This document shows, piece by piece, positions 56,801-64,000 of a DNA stretch of 64,000 nt. Source of the stretch: Poseidonia sp. Lineage in GTDB: Archaea > Thermoplasmatota > Poseidoniia > Poseidoniales > Poseidoniaceae. The notes below the pieces were generated by a model. It ran no database searches, was not told where the DNA came from, and was given only the letters and a program-made list of their open reading frames with translations. Every line of letters begins with the position of its first letter. Position 1 is the stretch's first letter. Both the position numbers and the translations under genes were made by a program. Location: positions 923 through 64,922 of the forward strand of contig JAYOHN010000003.1 of the NCBI GenBank assembly GCA_038118245.1. Reading direction: 5' to 3'.

Positions 56801-56906
56801 CTTCAACCGGCTCAGGGAGAGGTTCTGCGGGTTCGGTGGCCCCGAGGCAACCTGCGAAGCACATGAGCAGCACGAGGGACACCGCTGACCAGCGCCGAGG
56901 GTTCAT
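53874..56906 (-). CDS. secreted lipobox protein with TSP3 acidic repeats, a thioredoxin-fold-like middle region and a PNGase F-like C-terminal catalytic region
   Basis: Signal plus lipobox MNPRRWSAVSLVLLMCFAGC (start ATG 56906; ATG 56948 is an alternative). The C-terminal half matches remembered PNGase F blocks. These are GCHEWDYLAYLY (CDEWDRYANVYV), ATITGHGFNKDTANCAEFC (TISGWGH...GCAEWC) and GRAGWCAGQDV (DRAGWCPGMAV). Confidence 0.75.
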   Translation of the reverse strand: MNPRRWSAVSLVLLMCFAGCLGATEPAEPLPEPVEETYTLEATTVVAPEQVQLGETATYVVQVQMKGQGTYAPDISVLEPSFASVETLLWTEQESGYQLSFTPEVVGQHIVSIGFENTGSTPLVPLFEPLVFGLSVTPPDEPAPVLSTPSRLVLEEPNVVWFEGSVEHRYVSSCEVRYQITDGTESNLAVDDEGKWKILLDFTEATSSHTVTTTATCGRYALLSDTTSTQVIVEGAGDDEDGDGIQNANDRCPSGIGASEGWQSTTATDGDQDGCRDNDEDEDDDNDGIVDMHDGCPESYGWVSTPSADYDYDGCHDDDEDEDDDNDGVTDSLDACPVGRKGWFSNRYSDWDNDGCSDLDEDDNDDNDDHNDSIDACAKGVASWASTSETDWDDDGCRDADEDTDDDNDGVNDVNATGATLDLCPRTPVNSSDVDENGCAAVERDTDGDGINDLDDACEGTPANLVVNSVGCADIDGDGVFANADVCADSPQRWSVDETGCAVVQLPVQWTEANSLNGPMQEVPQFSVPTLNGSFNFKDRWTGHDVYFFMFKYTNSAGSSNSGTWAQNPGKFIRNLPANTHLFYGSFDTTYRNDVVQQQNAVLAGLTASEEAYWDDRIHYIDMDASNIGGGLGDMISSFNNPLYIGIDRFQLARETGSLYAWTTQSNDPYHLSFETNQWVAEFPTKIRSADPAVHAVSVMDFQRHTGGWGGGHSSFTNATFQLPENLSSYDTLEVYHEHACYERLNRYQKSDGSYGGCHEWDYLAYLYACDVDNASVCNTETVRWITTYGREGMWLTDISPYLFMFEDDQERRFKYSGANRGDLTVTFLFSNWGSGERSVNGTFAFSGGQFDGTYNNESRYNRQLNFTVPSGTTRVEIVATITGHGFNKDTANCAEFCDHQHYYTMGTHQTYEWHPIVYSSEGCENEVDNGVVANQFGSWPFGRAGWCAGQDVKQWTYDISDWVDNTSNNHLVYRGYYNGAEYVPSDGIGNGGRNIRAVIWVVFYGPTTA
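55404..56198 (-). repeat. coding tandem repeats: acidic Cys-flanked TSP3-type Ca-binding modules
   Basis: Four roughly 40-aa units of the form W-x-S...D-(W/Y)-D-x-DGC-x-D-x-DED-x-DDDNDG-x-x-D-x-x-D-x-CP, plus further DxDxDG units. At the DNA level the + strand shows GTC/GTT-rich low complexity. Confidence 0.8.
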
Positions 56907-56944
56907 GGGTTGAGGAGTCCTTGGCCGAGCCTTGAAGGTGTTGT

Positions 56945-58087
56945 TCAAGTGATGTCCAATTCCGACCTGCCGTCGTGCAGAGGGAGCACCATAAGGTGCG
57001 AAGCCTCCACTGGATGGTCAACGCTCAGCGGCTCCACCCACAGCAAGGCGCCTCCTTTTTTCCGGTCAATGCGGAGGATGCACTCCCAATGAACACGCAC
57101 AAGGTCGGTGTTGACGGATCCTGGCCATGGCCCGTTTGGTGGCAGGAGTTCAAGGCATTCACCCTCCTTCCAGCGTTTCTTCTCACCTGTGTCCATGATG
57201 CGCATCGGTCGTAGATACAAGCCACCTTTCACCTCCTGCATTTCCATGGGGGCGTCTTCTCCGCCAGCGGTCCCGTCATCAAGTCCTTCGATCCAATGGT
57301 GCGGCAATTCTGTCGAGAGACCCGGAGGGGGTTGTCGCTCGGGGGTTCGATTCAATTCTTTGAGAAGGACTTCTCGTGAAGGTGGAAGGATGCCCACTCT
57401 CCAAAGGACATCGACATGGTTCCAATCCTTTGGAAAATCATCAAAGTTGACCGTCAATACCAAGGGTTTGTTGGCGACGAGCGGTCTTTTTACCTCGATT
57501 TTTGGGGGCTTTGGACCGCTTGCGAGGAATCGATTTTGCCGGCGAAGTTCCACCAGGTTGGCCAGAATCCGAAGCAGCAAGGGTGTGAAGATGAGCGGTA
57601 CGACAAACACGGCCAAGGCCGGGTAGTCAAGGAGACCCCAGCGAACGGTTTCAAGCCCGTAAACCGGGATGCTCAAGAGGATGAGAACCGGAGAGACAAA
57701 CAAATAGAACAAGGCTGCCAGAAGGATAACCACGACCCCGTTGATGAATTGACGAAGAATGTGGTGGATGGGGTTTGGTATGAGGTACCATCCACGGCGC
57801 TGCCGTTTAACCACATCAACAAAAGGAGCATCATCCGAGACGGGACCGGAAGTTGTGTGGTTCAACGGCTCTTTGTCGTATTCGTAAGAACTCTGAACGA
57901 ACCACCCTGTTTCTGTTCCAAGTTGAAACGATGGTCGCCGGGTGTTGAGGAACTCAATGGCTTCTTGTTTTGATGCGAAGTCACCAAGATGAACCCGTTG
58001 GACGGCAAGCGGCAGCGCTTCGGGCAACCATCTCCCTGCCTCAAAAGGTGGGTAGCGAATGCGTTGTATTTCGTAAAGCGCCGTCAT
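56945..58087 (-). CDS. membrane protein, hypothetical (380 aa)
   Basis: A soluble N-terminus, 3 hydrophobic segments (VVVILLAALFYLFVSPVLILLSIPVY and ALAVFVVPLIFTPLLLRIL), and a roughly 200-aa beta-rich C-terminal domain. Its stop overlaps the upstream-most ATG of the PNGase-like ORF. Confidence 0.55.
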   Translation of the reverse strand: MTALYEIQRIRYPPFEAGRWLPEALPLAVQRVHLGDFASKQEAIEFLNTRRPSFQLGTETGWFVQSSYEYDKEPLNHTTSGPVSDDAPFVDVVKRQRRGWYLIPNPIHHILRQFINGVVVILLAALFYLFVSPVLILLSIPVYGLETVRWGLLDYPALAVFVVPLIFTPLLLRILANLVELRRQNRFLASGPKPPKIEVKRPLVANKPLVLTVNFDDFPKDWNHVDVLWRVGILPPSREVLLKELNRTPERQPPPGLSTELPHHWIEGLDDGTAGGEDAPMEMQEVKGGLYLRPMRIMDTGEKKRWKEGECLELLPPNGPWPGSVNTDLVRVHWECILRIDRKKGGALLWVEPLSVDHPVEASHLMVLPLHDGRSELDIT

Positions 58088-58096
58088 GATGCTCCC

Positions 58097-59311
58097 TCAC
58101 GACAGCAGCAAACGAACGCCTGCCTTCAAGGCAAGCGGGCGAAAAGCGGGCACTTGCCGAAGCAGGGCCATGCCCAAGGGTACGGGTTTTTCGATATCGC
58201 CGATTTCGTTGATGAGTTTGAGGGTGTTGGGGTGAGCAAAAGCCCTGAAATGCTTGTCAAGTGTTTCGTCAGAACAATCGCTGACGAGCAAATTTCGAAG
58301 AGCTCGCGCACGGTCCTGTTCTCGTTTCATGGATTCCCATGGCTTCTTCGTGATGCTTTTCAAGGCGGGTTCGTTCAGGTTGTCGTTCACAATGGCCTCA
58401 ACCAGTGGGTTCAGGATGCATTGAATTTGATGAAAACCGGGCCCTATTCCTCCTCCCGTCGTTGGTTTCGCCATTCCAGCAGCATCGCCCAGGAGCATGA
58501 CGCGTTGTTTCACGTTCCTCTTGACCATGCCTGAGGGCACGGGGCCGCAGTAGCGAGCGACTTCCGTGACGTTTTCAAAACGGTCTTTCCAAAGCGGGTG
58601 GTCAATGAGGTCTTGATAGCATGACTCGATGCTTCTGCCGTTTAGCCGGTCAGCGGTTGACCACAAACCGATGCGGTGTGAGCCAAAACCGGAAGGAATC
58701 ACCCACGCAAAGAATCCGGGTGCGATGGCTTGGCCGCTGTACATCTCCAACCACCGGTCACGGCCTTCGTAACCGATGACTTCGGTTTGAAAACCGATCA
58801 TCAATTCCTTCGGTCGCCCCATTTTGAAGTTCCGTCGGGTCCAACTGTGAGCACCATCTGCTCCGATGATCAACTTGCAGGTGATTTTGGTGGCAGCACC
58901 GCCTCTGTTCACCGTGAGCGTAGCGCCGTTGTCGTTCACCTCCGCCTCTGTTGGCGTGGCGTTGAGCCACAATTCGGCCCCCGACTCCATGGCTTGTTGC
59001 ACCACAAATTGGTCAAACCGCTTTCGACAAACCACGTAGGTCCGCAAGGTACCTTCGGTCCCCACGGGCACAAGAGTTCCGCTCGGACCGTGTATCAAAG
59101 CACCATCGACCTCCTCCAGCACGGTATGATGGGCACCCACAGCGTCCATGGCCGAGGGGGTAACGAGGCCTGCGCACTGAAAAGGCCGGCCGATCTCTGC
59201 ATGCTCTTCGAGCATGAGGACACGGATTCCACATGCCGATAGCAGGTGTGCTGCTCTACCCCCGACCGGCCCAGCGCCGACGACGACCACATCGTAGTCA
59301 AAGGAGGTCAT
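58097..59311 (-). CDS. geranylgeranyl reductase family flavoprotein (archaeal lipid saturation)
   Basis: FAD fold YDVVVVGAGPVGGRAA, then CAGLV, LIIGADGAHS and LLGDAAG. Confidence 0.85.
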   Translation of the reverse strand: MTSFDYDVVVVGAGPVGGRAAHLLSACGIRVLMLEEHAEIGRPFQCAGLVTPSAMDAVGAHHTVLEEVDGALIHGPSGTLVPVGTEGTLRTYVVCRKRFDQFVVQQAMESGAELWLNATPTEAEVNDNGATLTVNRGGAATKITCKLIIGADGAHSWTRRNFKMGRPKELMIGFQTEVIGYEGRDRWLEMYSGQAIAPGFFAWVIPSGFGSHRIGLWSTADRLNGRSIESCYQDLIDHPLWKDRFENVTEVARYCGPVPSGMVKRNVKQRVMLLGDAAGMAKPTTGGGIGPGFHQIQCILNPLVEAIVNDNLNEPALKSITKKPWESMKREQDRARALRNLLVSDCSDETLDKHFRAFAHPNTLKLINEIGDIEKPVPLGMALLRQVPAFRPLALKAGVRLLLS

Positions 59312-59362
59312 GTTGTGAGGTTTGGTTGCCCGTGTTTCAACCTTCCTTAACGCCCAGGGACA

Positions 59363-62113
59363 TCAAGAGCGTTTTGCGAACTTGTAGCCTACTGACTCGT
59401 TCTTTTTCAGGTAGAGGGAAGCAGCAAATGGGTTCCCTGTTTTCTTCGAGAGGAAGTCATCAACGGGACCGAACGTCCTTTCTTCGACCAAGGATTTTGC
59501 TTCTTCTCGGGTGAGGTCACGTTTGGAAATGCACCGTTCGAGGTGGATTTTGCATCCTGTTGATGAATCTTCTACCGTGTAGTGGGTTTCGGTCTCCACG
59601 ATGTTCGCTTTATGGGTGGGGCAAACACCCACCACGCCGGCTACGACAGGGAAGCTTTTGGCGTCAGCCGAGGCGGCTCTTGGTGGAAAGTCGAACGCCA
59701 CCCGGTTCTTTTCCAACACGAGGAAGGCACTGAACGGTCGGTTGCGCTTTGATGTGAAATCTTCCAGTAAGGTTGACCTCCCCTCCGTGAAAATTGGCTT
59801 GGCTTCTTCAGGCGTGACCGGGCGCTTGCACATGACGTTCTGCATGCCCCGGAAGGTGCAGTCATCAAAATCACAAACATAGGTCGTGCTTGTGATTCGT
59901 ATGGATCCGTGGTCACAAACTGGGCAAGGGCAGAGCACCTCATCATCGTCTTTCGGTGCGCCTGCTGTACTCCCTTTCGCCATCACCTTTCCGTCGTCTT
60001 TGAGCTCAACCGATGTCTCGTAGCCCTCGCCGGCTTGGGAGAAAAACCCATGCAAATTTTCGAGGGCTCGTCCTTCAAGGAGCCTCGACGCCGTTGTTCG
60101 GTCAAACCAACGGCCGGAGGTGTCTTTCCAGAAGACGAAAGCGCATCCTTTGTCCCGTCCTTCGTTCTTCTCGCACTGATAGGAGAGGGTGGTTTCAACC
60201 ACGTTTGCATCGCACTTCGGGCAGGCTCCCAAAGGAGGCTCGTTAGCATACAACAAAGCTCGGTCGTGTTCGCGAATTCGCTCAACCATGACGGCGGTTT
60301 GTTCAATGATTTTTTGCATGTAACTCTCCATGGATTCCGTACCTCGCTGAACGGCGAGGAGGGAGGCTTCCATGTCACCGGTGAGTTCGGGCGAGGTGAT
60401 CCACTCGACGGGGATTCTTCGGAGAATGTCGATCATGCGTATGCCGTGAGGGGCAGCGCTGATGGTGCCGTTTCGGGAACGGCGAATGTAATTCCTGCTG
60501 AGCAATTTTTCGATGGTGTCTGCTCTGGTGGCAGGTGTGCCGAGCCCTTTGTCTTTCATCGCTTCCGCAAGTTCATCGTCCTCAATGTGCTTCCCGGCGT
60601 GTTCCATTAACTGCAGCAAACTGGCTTCCTTGAGCCTGTTTTTAGGTTTGGAGAATTCCTCTGAGAATTCGTGGCTGTCAAGTTGACTCTCGCAAGGATT
60701 GGAGGGCAGGTTGCCCCAACCCTCGGGAACTTTGTCGCTTTTTGGGACCACCGCTCGCCATCCAGCGTCGGCAAGGGCTTCAACTTCTTTGATGAACTGG
60801 TGACCGTTTGACCGTGTCGTCCTCTTGGTCACCGTCCAAGTGGATGGTGGATGCCAGGACGCCAGGAAATTTCGAACGATGAGGTCGTAAAGTTTGGCGT
60901 GATCTCCTCCGAAATTAACCGGTGGGTTTTGACCCGTTGGGACAATCGCGTAGTGGTCCGATACCTTGCTGTTGTTGAAGTTTCGTCCAGCGTTGGCGAG
61001 GCCGTCGCTCTGAAGACGGTCGACATGGACGGCGTAGTCGGATTGGACCTTGAGTTGGTCCAACGTTTTCGCCACCACTTCGTGCATGTCCTCGGGAAGG
61101 TGCTTTGAATCCGTTCTTGGATAGGTGGTGAGTTTGAATTTGTCGTACAGGTCCTGTGCAACACTGAGGGTACGCTTCGCCGACCATGACCAAAGGCTGT
61201 TTGCTCTCTTTTGCAGCGTCGTTAAATCAAAGTTGAGCGGGGGTTGTTCGGTTTTGGTCCGTGCCGTCTCATCGGTTTCAAAGGGCCCGTTTGCGGCAAG
61301 AATGGCTTCAATGCTTTCTTTTTCGGATTGCTCAACGATGCGGTGCGCCTTCATCTCGGGACGGGTCGCATCCTCTTTGTGGTCGGTCCGCTCCCAGCGA
61401 GCTGTCCAGCGTGCATCACCAGCCGTGAACGTCGCTTGGAGTTGCCAGTACGGAAGCGGAACGTGTGAGAGGACCTCAAGTTCGTGGTCAACGATGAGGG
61501 CGAGGGTGGCGGTCTGGACGCGCCCAAGCGAATTTGAAGAGCGCTCTCTTCGATTTTGTGGGAGAAAGGTGTTTGCAACCCGTGAACCGTTCATCCCGAT
61601 GATCCAATCGGCATGGGAACGTGAGTAGGCTGCATCCCCAAGGGCGTCGTACTCTGCTCCGCTTTTCCTCCCTTCAAACGCAGAGAGGAGGGCATCGTAA
61701 GTCATGGACTGCATCCACATTCGTGAGGTCGGGGTTTTCACCTTGGCGTGTTGCACGATGGTTCGGAAAATCAATTCGCCTTCACGCGCAGCGTCACAAG
61801 CATTGACAATCTCGGTCACATCCTTCGATTTGAGGAGTTTTTTGATGGCCGTGAGTTGGGACTTGTTTCGTCCGCCTTTGGGTTTGTATTCAAAGGTTGC
61901 AGGAATGTAAGGGAGTCTATCGATGGTTTTTCGCCAATTCTTGAAGGCCTCGTCGTACTCGTCCATGTACTTGAGTTCCAGCAAATGGCCGACAGCCCAT
62001 GTGATGATGATGTCCTCACTGTGCCAGTGGGTGTCGGTTTTTTTCCCAACTCCAAGCACGTTTGCCAGGTCCTCAGCAACGCTTGGTTTCTCGGCGATGA
62101 TGACGATGGACAT
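59363..62113 (-). CDS. type IA DNA topoisomerase (Topo III/TopA-like) with C-terminal zinc ribbons and topoisomerase C-terminal repeats
   Basis: TOPRIM MSIVIIAEKPSVA...ACDAAREGE, and the active-site region TYPRTDSKHL. The C-terminus has CPKC...C, CPCPVC...C, and repeated ...RNRPFSAFLVLEKNRVAFDF / TGNPFAASLYLKKNESVGYKF. The start was trimmed to ATG 62113. Confidence 0.88.
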   Translation of the reverse strand: MSIVIIAEKPSVAEDLANVLGVGKKTDTHWHSEDIIITWAVGHLLELKYMDEYDEAFKNWRKTIDRLPYIPATFEYKPKGGRNKSQLTAIKKLLKSKDVTEIVNACDAAREGELIFRTIVQHAKVKTPTSRMWMQSMTYDALLSAFEGRKSGAEYDALGDAAYSRSHADWIIGMNGSRVANTFLPQNRRERSSNSLGRVQTATLALIVDHELEVLSHVPLPYWQLQATFTAGDARWTARWERTDHKEDATRPEMKAHRIVEQSEKESIEAILAANGPFETDETARTKTEQPPLNFDLTTLQKRANSLWSWSAKRTLSVAQDLYDKFKLTTYPRTDSKHLPEDMHEVVAKTLDQLKVQSDYAVHVDRLQSDGLANAGRNFNNSKVSDHYAIVPTGQNPPVNFGGDHAKLYDLIVRNFLASWHPPSTWTVTKRTTRSNGHQFIKEVEALADAGWRAVVPKSDKVPEGWGNLPSNPCESQLDSHEFSEEFSKPKNRLKEASLLQLMEHAGKHIEDDELAEAMKDKGLGTPATRADTIEKLLSRNYIRRSRNGTISAAPHGIRMIDILRRIPVEWITSPELTGDMEASLLAVQRGTESMESYMQKIIEQTAVMVERIREHDRALLYANEPPLGACPKCDANVVETTLSYQCEKNEGRDKGCAFVFWKDTSGRWFDRTTASRLLEGRALENLHGFFSQAGEGYETSVELKDDGKVMAKGSTAGAPKDDDEVLCPCPVCDHGSIRITSTTYVCDFDDCTFRGMQNVMCKRPVTPEEAKPIFTEGRSTLLEDFTSKRNRPFSAFLVLEKNRVAFDFPPRAASADAKSFPVVAGVVGVCPTHKANIVETETHYTVEDSSTGCKIHLERCISKRDLTREEAKSLVEERTFGPVDDFLSKKTGNPFAASLYLKKNESVGYKFAKRS

Positions 62114-62195
62114 GATGTGGAAGCGCACCGCCGACCATACTTGAACCCTCCTTACCCCCTCCATTGCGCCGTTCGCACGCATGAAATGAAACATT

Positions 62196-62633
62196 TCATG
62201 AGCGATTTGGCCTGAATTCCTGGAGGGCTTCCCGGTTCTGAGATTCGTCCCAAGGTTGCTCAGCCTCGGATCCAGCACACCCTACACAACCGGGGTAACC
62301 TGCACGGATCAAGTCCAACGCTGTTGTTTTGATGGCCTCCCATGCAGCCCGCCCTTCCAGCGGAATCCACACAACCTCTGGAGGTGGTTCATCCTGAGAA
62401 CACTGCACCACGATGCGGTGGGTCGTGCCGTCCAGAAGAGCGATGGGTTGGTCAGAAACGGGAAGGCACGAGGGGAAGGTGAGGCGTGCGGGGAGTTTGT
62501 CACCCATAACGACCCCAAGGGAATGAACCTCTTGTTCGAGCCAATCCGGGCCCTGAATCAGAGCGTTGGGTTCTCGCACTAAGCGTCGGGCAGCCTCCCG
62601 TACGGCAGGCCAACGCGGGTCCGTGATGCGCAT
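62196..62633 (-). CDS. hypothetical protein (146 aa)
   Basis: The ORF was trimmed to ATG 62633 (MRITDPRW), because the longer form overlaps pyrD. I recognise no motif. Confidence 0.4.
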   Translation of the reverse strand: MRITDPRWPAVREAARRLVREPNALIQGPDWLEQEVHSLGVVMGDKLPARLTFPSCLPVSDQPIALLDGTTHRIVVQCSQDEPPPEVVWIPLEGRAAWEAIKTTALDLIRAGYPGCVGCAGSEAEQPWDESQNREALQEFRPNRS

Positions 62634-62675
62634 GTTTCGGTGGAAGCGGCCGCAAGACTTGAAGAACGTTGCTTC

Positions 62676-63800
62676 ATGGGCGCCCTCTATCGCTTGTTTG
62701 GTCGCCCATTGCTTCGATTTCAGGATTCCGAACGGGCGCACAAGCGATCCTTACGCCTCTTGAAGTTGACCAGCTCAAATCCAGTTGGCCGTTCTCTCCT
62801 CGCCTGGATGTACAAGCCCAGAGCAAAACTTCCTGTCACGGTGTTTGGCCACACCTACGACCACCCCTTCGGACTGGCTGCCGGCATGGACAAGAACGCC
62901 GATGCGTTGCTCGGTTGGCGGAGTCTGGGCTTGGCCTTCATTGAAATTGGAGGTGTCACGATGCTTCAACAAGACGGCAACCCCAAGCCTCGAATGTTTC
63001 GTGCCGATCGTTCCCAAGCCTTGGTCAACCGAATGGGGTTTAACAACGAGGGGAGCGAGGCCATCGGTGCGAAATTGAAACGCTTTGAGACGCGTAATGG
63101 GGCGCTTGGCGTGCCGTTGTGGGTGAATTTAGGAAAGTCCAAATTGACGCCGCTTGATGAAGCCCATATCGACTACGCCACGTCACTCAAACGGATGTGG
63201 GGACAGGCAGATGTGTTTGTGGTGAACGTTTCTTCGCCCAACACACCGCAACTGCGCGACCTGCAGAACGACGAACACCTCGAACGCATTCTCAAGGCGT
63301 GCCATGAGGCCAACAAAGCGTCTGCTGATGCGCACGGTGGCCAACCGAAACCTGTCCTCGTCAAGATCGCTCCCGACCTGACCGACGTTCAAATCGAAAC
63401 CATCGTTGCTACGGCACAAAACAACGGTGCCGCAGGCATGGTTGTGAGCAACACCACGGTCGCTCGTCCTGAGGTCAGTCACGGGAAGGAAGCGCGTGTT
63501 TACGCTGAACAAGGAGGCATGAGCGGACGTCCTGTCATGGAGCGGTCAACGGCCTTGATTCGACAGGTGCGCTCGCTTTCGGGTCCGGATTGGCCCATTG
63601 TGGGTGTTGGCGGCATCGCTACTTCCCAGGATGCGTGGATGAAAATAGCTGCAGGAGCCACCTTGATTCAAGCATACAGCGGGTTTGTCTTTCAAGGACC
63701 CGGTTTAACCAAGGCCGTTGTTCATGGCCTTCGTCGTCACCTGGACGACCACGGGCTTTCTTCGATGGACGAGGCTGTCGGTTTCGAGCATCGGTCTTGA
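62676..63800 (+). CDS. pyrD: dihydroorotate dehydrogenase (quinone), class 2
   Basis: A class-2 N-terminal extension (ERAHKRSLRLLK), then GLAAGMDKN, NRMGFNNEG, NVSSPNTPQLRDLQ and GVGGI. The start was trimmed to ATG 62676. Confidence 0.9.
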   Translation: MGALYRLFGRPLLRFQDSERAHKRSLRLLKLTSSNPVGRSLLAWMYKPRAKLPVTVFGHTYDHPFGLAAGMDKNADALLGWRSLGLAFIEIGGVTMLQQDGNPKPRMFRADRSQALVNRMGFNNEGSEAIGAKLKRFETRNGALGVPLWVNLGKSKLTPLDEAHIDYATSLKRMWGQADVFVVNVSSPNTPQLRDLQNDEHLERILKACHEANKASADAHGGQPKPVLVKIAPDLTDVQIETIVATAQNNGAAGMVVSNTTVARPEVSHGKEARVYAEQGGMSGRPVMERSTALIRQVRSLSGPDWPIVGVGGIATSQDAWMKIAAGATLIQAYSGFVFQGPGLTKAVVHGLRRHLDDHGLSSMDEAVGFEHRS

Positions 63801-63834
63801 GAGGATTGTTAAGGGTCGGCAAGGAGGCAGTATT

Positions 63835-64000
63835 GTGTGGGCACGTCGTACACGCATCCTCGTCATCGGTGGCGTTCTTACCATCGCTCTGCTCGCCACC
63901 GTGGTCCTGCAATCACCCGCACCGACTCAAACCGTTGACGAATTGATGGGCGACCCGTCCCGATTTTTGGACCAGGAAGTTGCGGTACGCGGAGAGGTTC
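63835..64000 (+). CDS. N-terminal fragment of a membrane-anchored protein (CcmE/OB-fold-like start), 3' end cut by window
   Basis: The GTG at 63835 is preceded by AAGGAGG with a 7-nt spacer. The translation is MWARRTRILVIGGVLTIALLATVVLQSPAPTQTVDELMGDPSRFLDQEVAVRGEV and stays open to the window end. It is not in the ORF track. The anchor followed by ...EVAVRGEV resembles CcmE-like OB-fold proteins, but weakly. Confidence 0.45.
   Translation, partial: MWARRTRILVIGGVLTIALLATVVLQSPAPTQTVDELMGDPSRFLDQEVAVRGEV

Noticed and set aside
1-64000. Scan of the whole window for CRISPR arrays, rRNA genes, transposase or integrase genes and toxin-antitoxin pairs
   Set aside because: I found no regularly spaced direct repeats, no rRNA-like conserved stretches, and no ORF with recombinase or transposase motifs by eye. 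A proper repeat finder and HMM scan would be needed to be certain.

Overview
This is an archaeal chromosomal segment with about 50 tightly packed protein genes on both strands and two tRNA genes. I saw no rRNA, CRISPR array, integrase or transposase. Archaeal origin is supported by the rpo7(rpoE')-spt4-S24e-S27ae operon, archaeal-type AlaRS and ValRS, a DTD2-type D-aminoacyl-tRNA deacylase, RtcB, a geranylgeranyl reductase, and TATA-like boxes about 29 nt upstream of both tRNAs. The gene content includes a giant FG-GAP/CARDB surface protein, thrombospondin-type-3 (TSP3) repeat exoproteins, a PNGase F-like protein, proline dehydrogenase, a class-2 DHODH and an RND exporter. That resembles a planktonic heterotrophic Thermoplasmatota (Marine Group II/III-like) genome, but this placement is inference from content only. 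Housekeeping genes recognised: purC (partial), dtdA, sufS-like, rtcB, alaS, rmuC, serA-like, dinB, valS, glyA, pepP, an MqnC/MqnE/CofH-family radical SAM enzyme, a type IA topoisomerase and pyrD. Several track ORFs needed start trimming because their 5' extensions overlap neighbours, and one real gene (S27ae, 55 aa) is missing from the track. The best candidate for an undescribed system lies at 28.98-33.67 kb. It consists of a small ORF translationally coupled to a family-B DNA polymerase with degenerate exonuclease motifs and an atypical motif C, a RecA-fold protein with a degenerate P-loop, and a divergently transcribed, catalytically intact Y-family polymerase. This layout resembles the bacterial ImuA-ImuB-DnaE2 mutasome, with PolB in the DnaE2 position. 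Secondary points of interest: (1) a tRNA-Ser followed by two head-to-tail degenerate tRNA-like units; (2) an exoprotein locus at 46.6-57 kb that includes a lipobox-bearing PNGase F homolog fused to TSP3 repeats; (3) a barrel-sandwich (lipoyl-like) module inside a TSP3 protein; (4) a ValRS with a HIGA variant of the HIGH motif. All calls come from reading the sequence and translations by eye. No database search, alignment or statistic was run.
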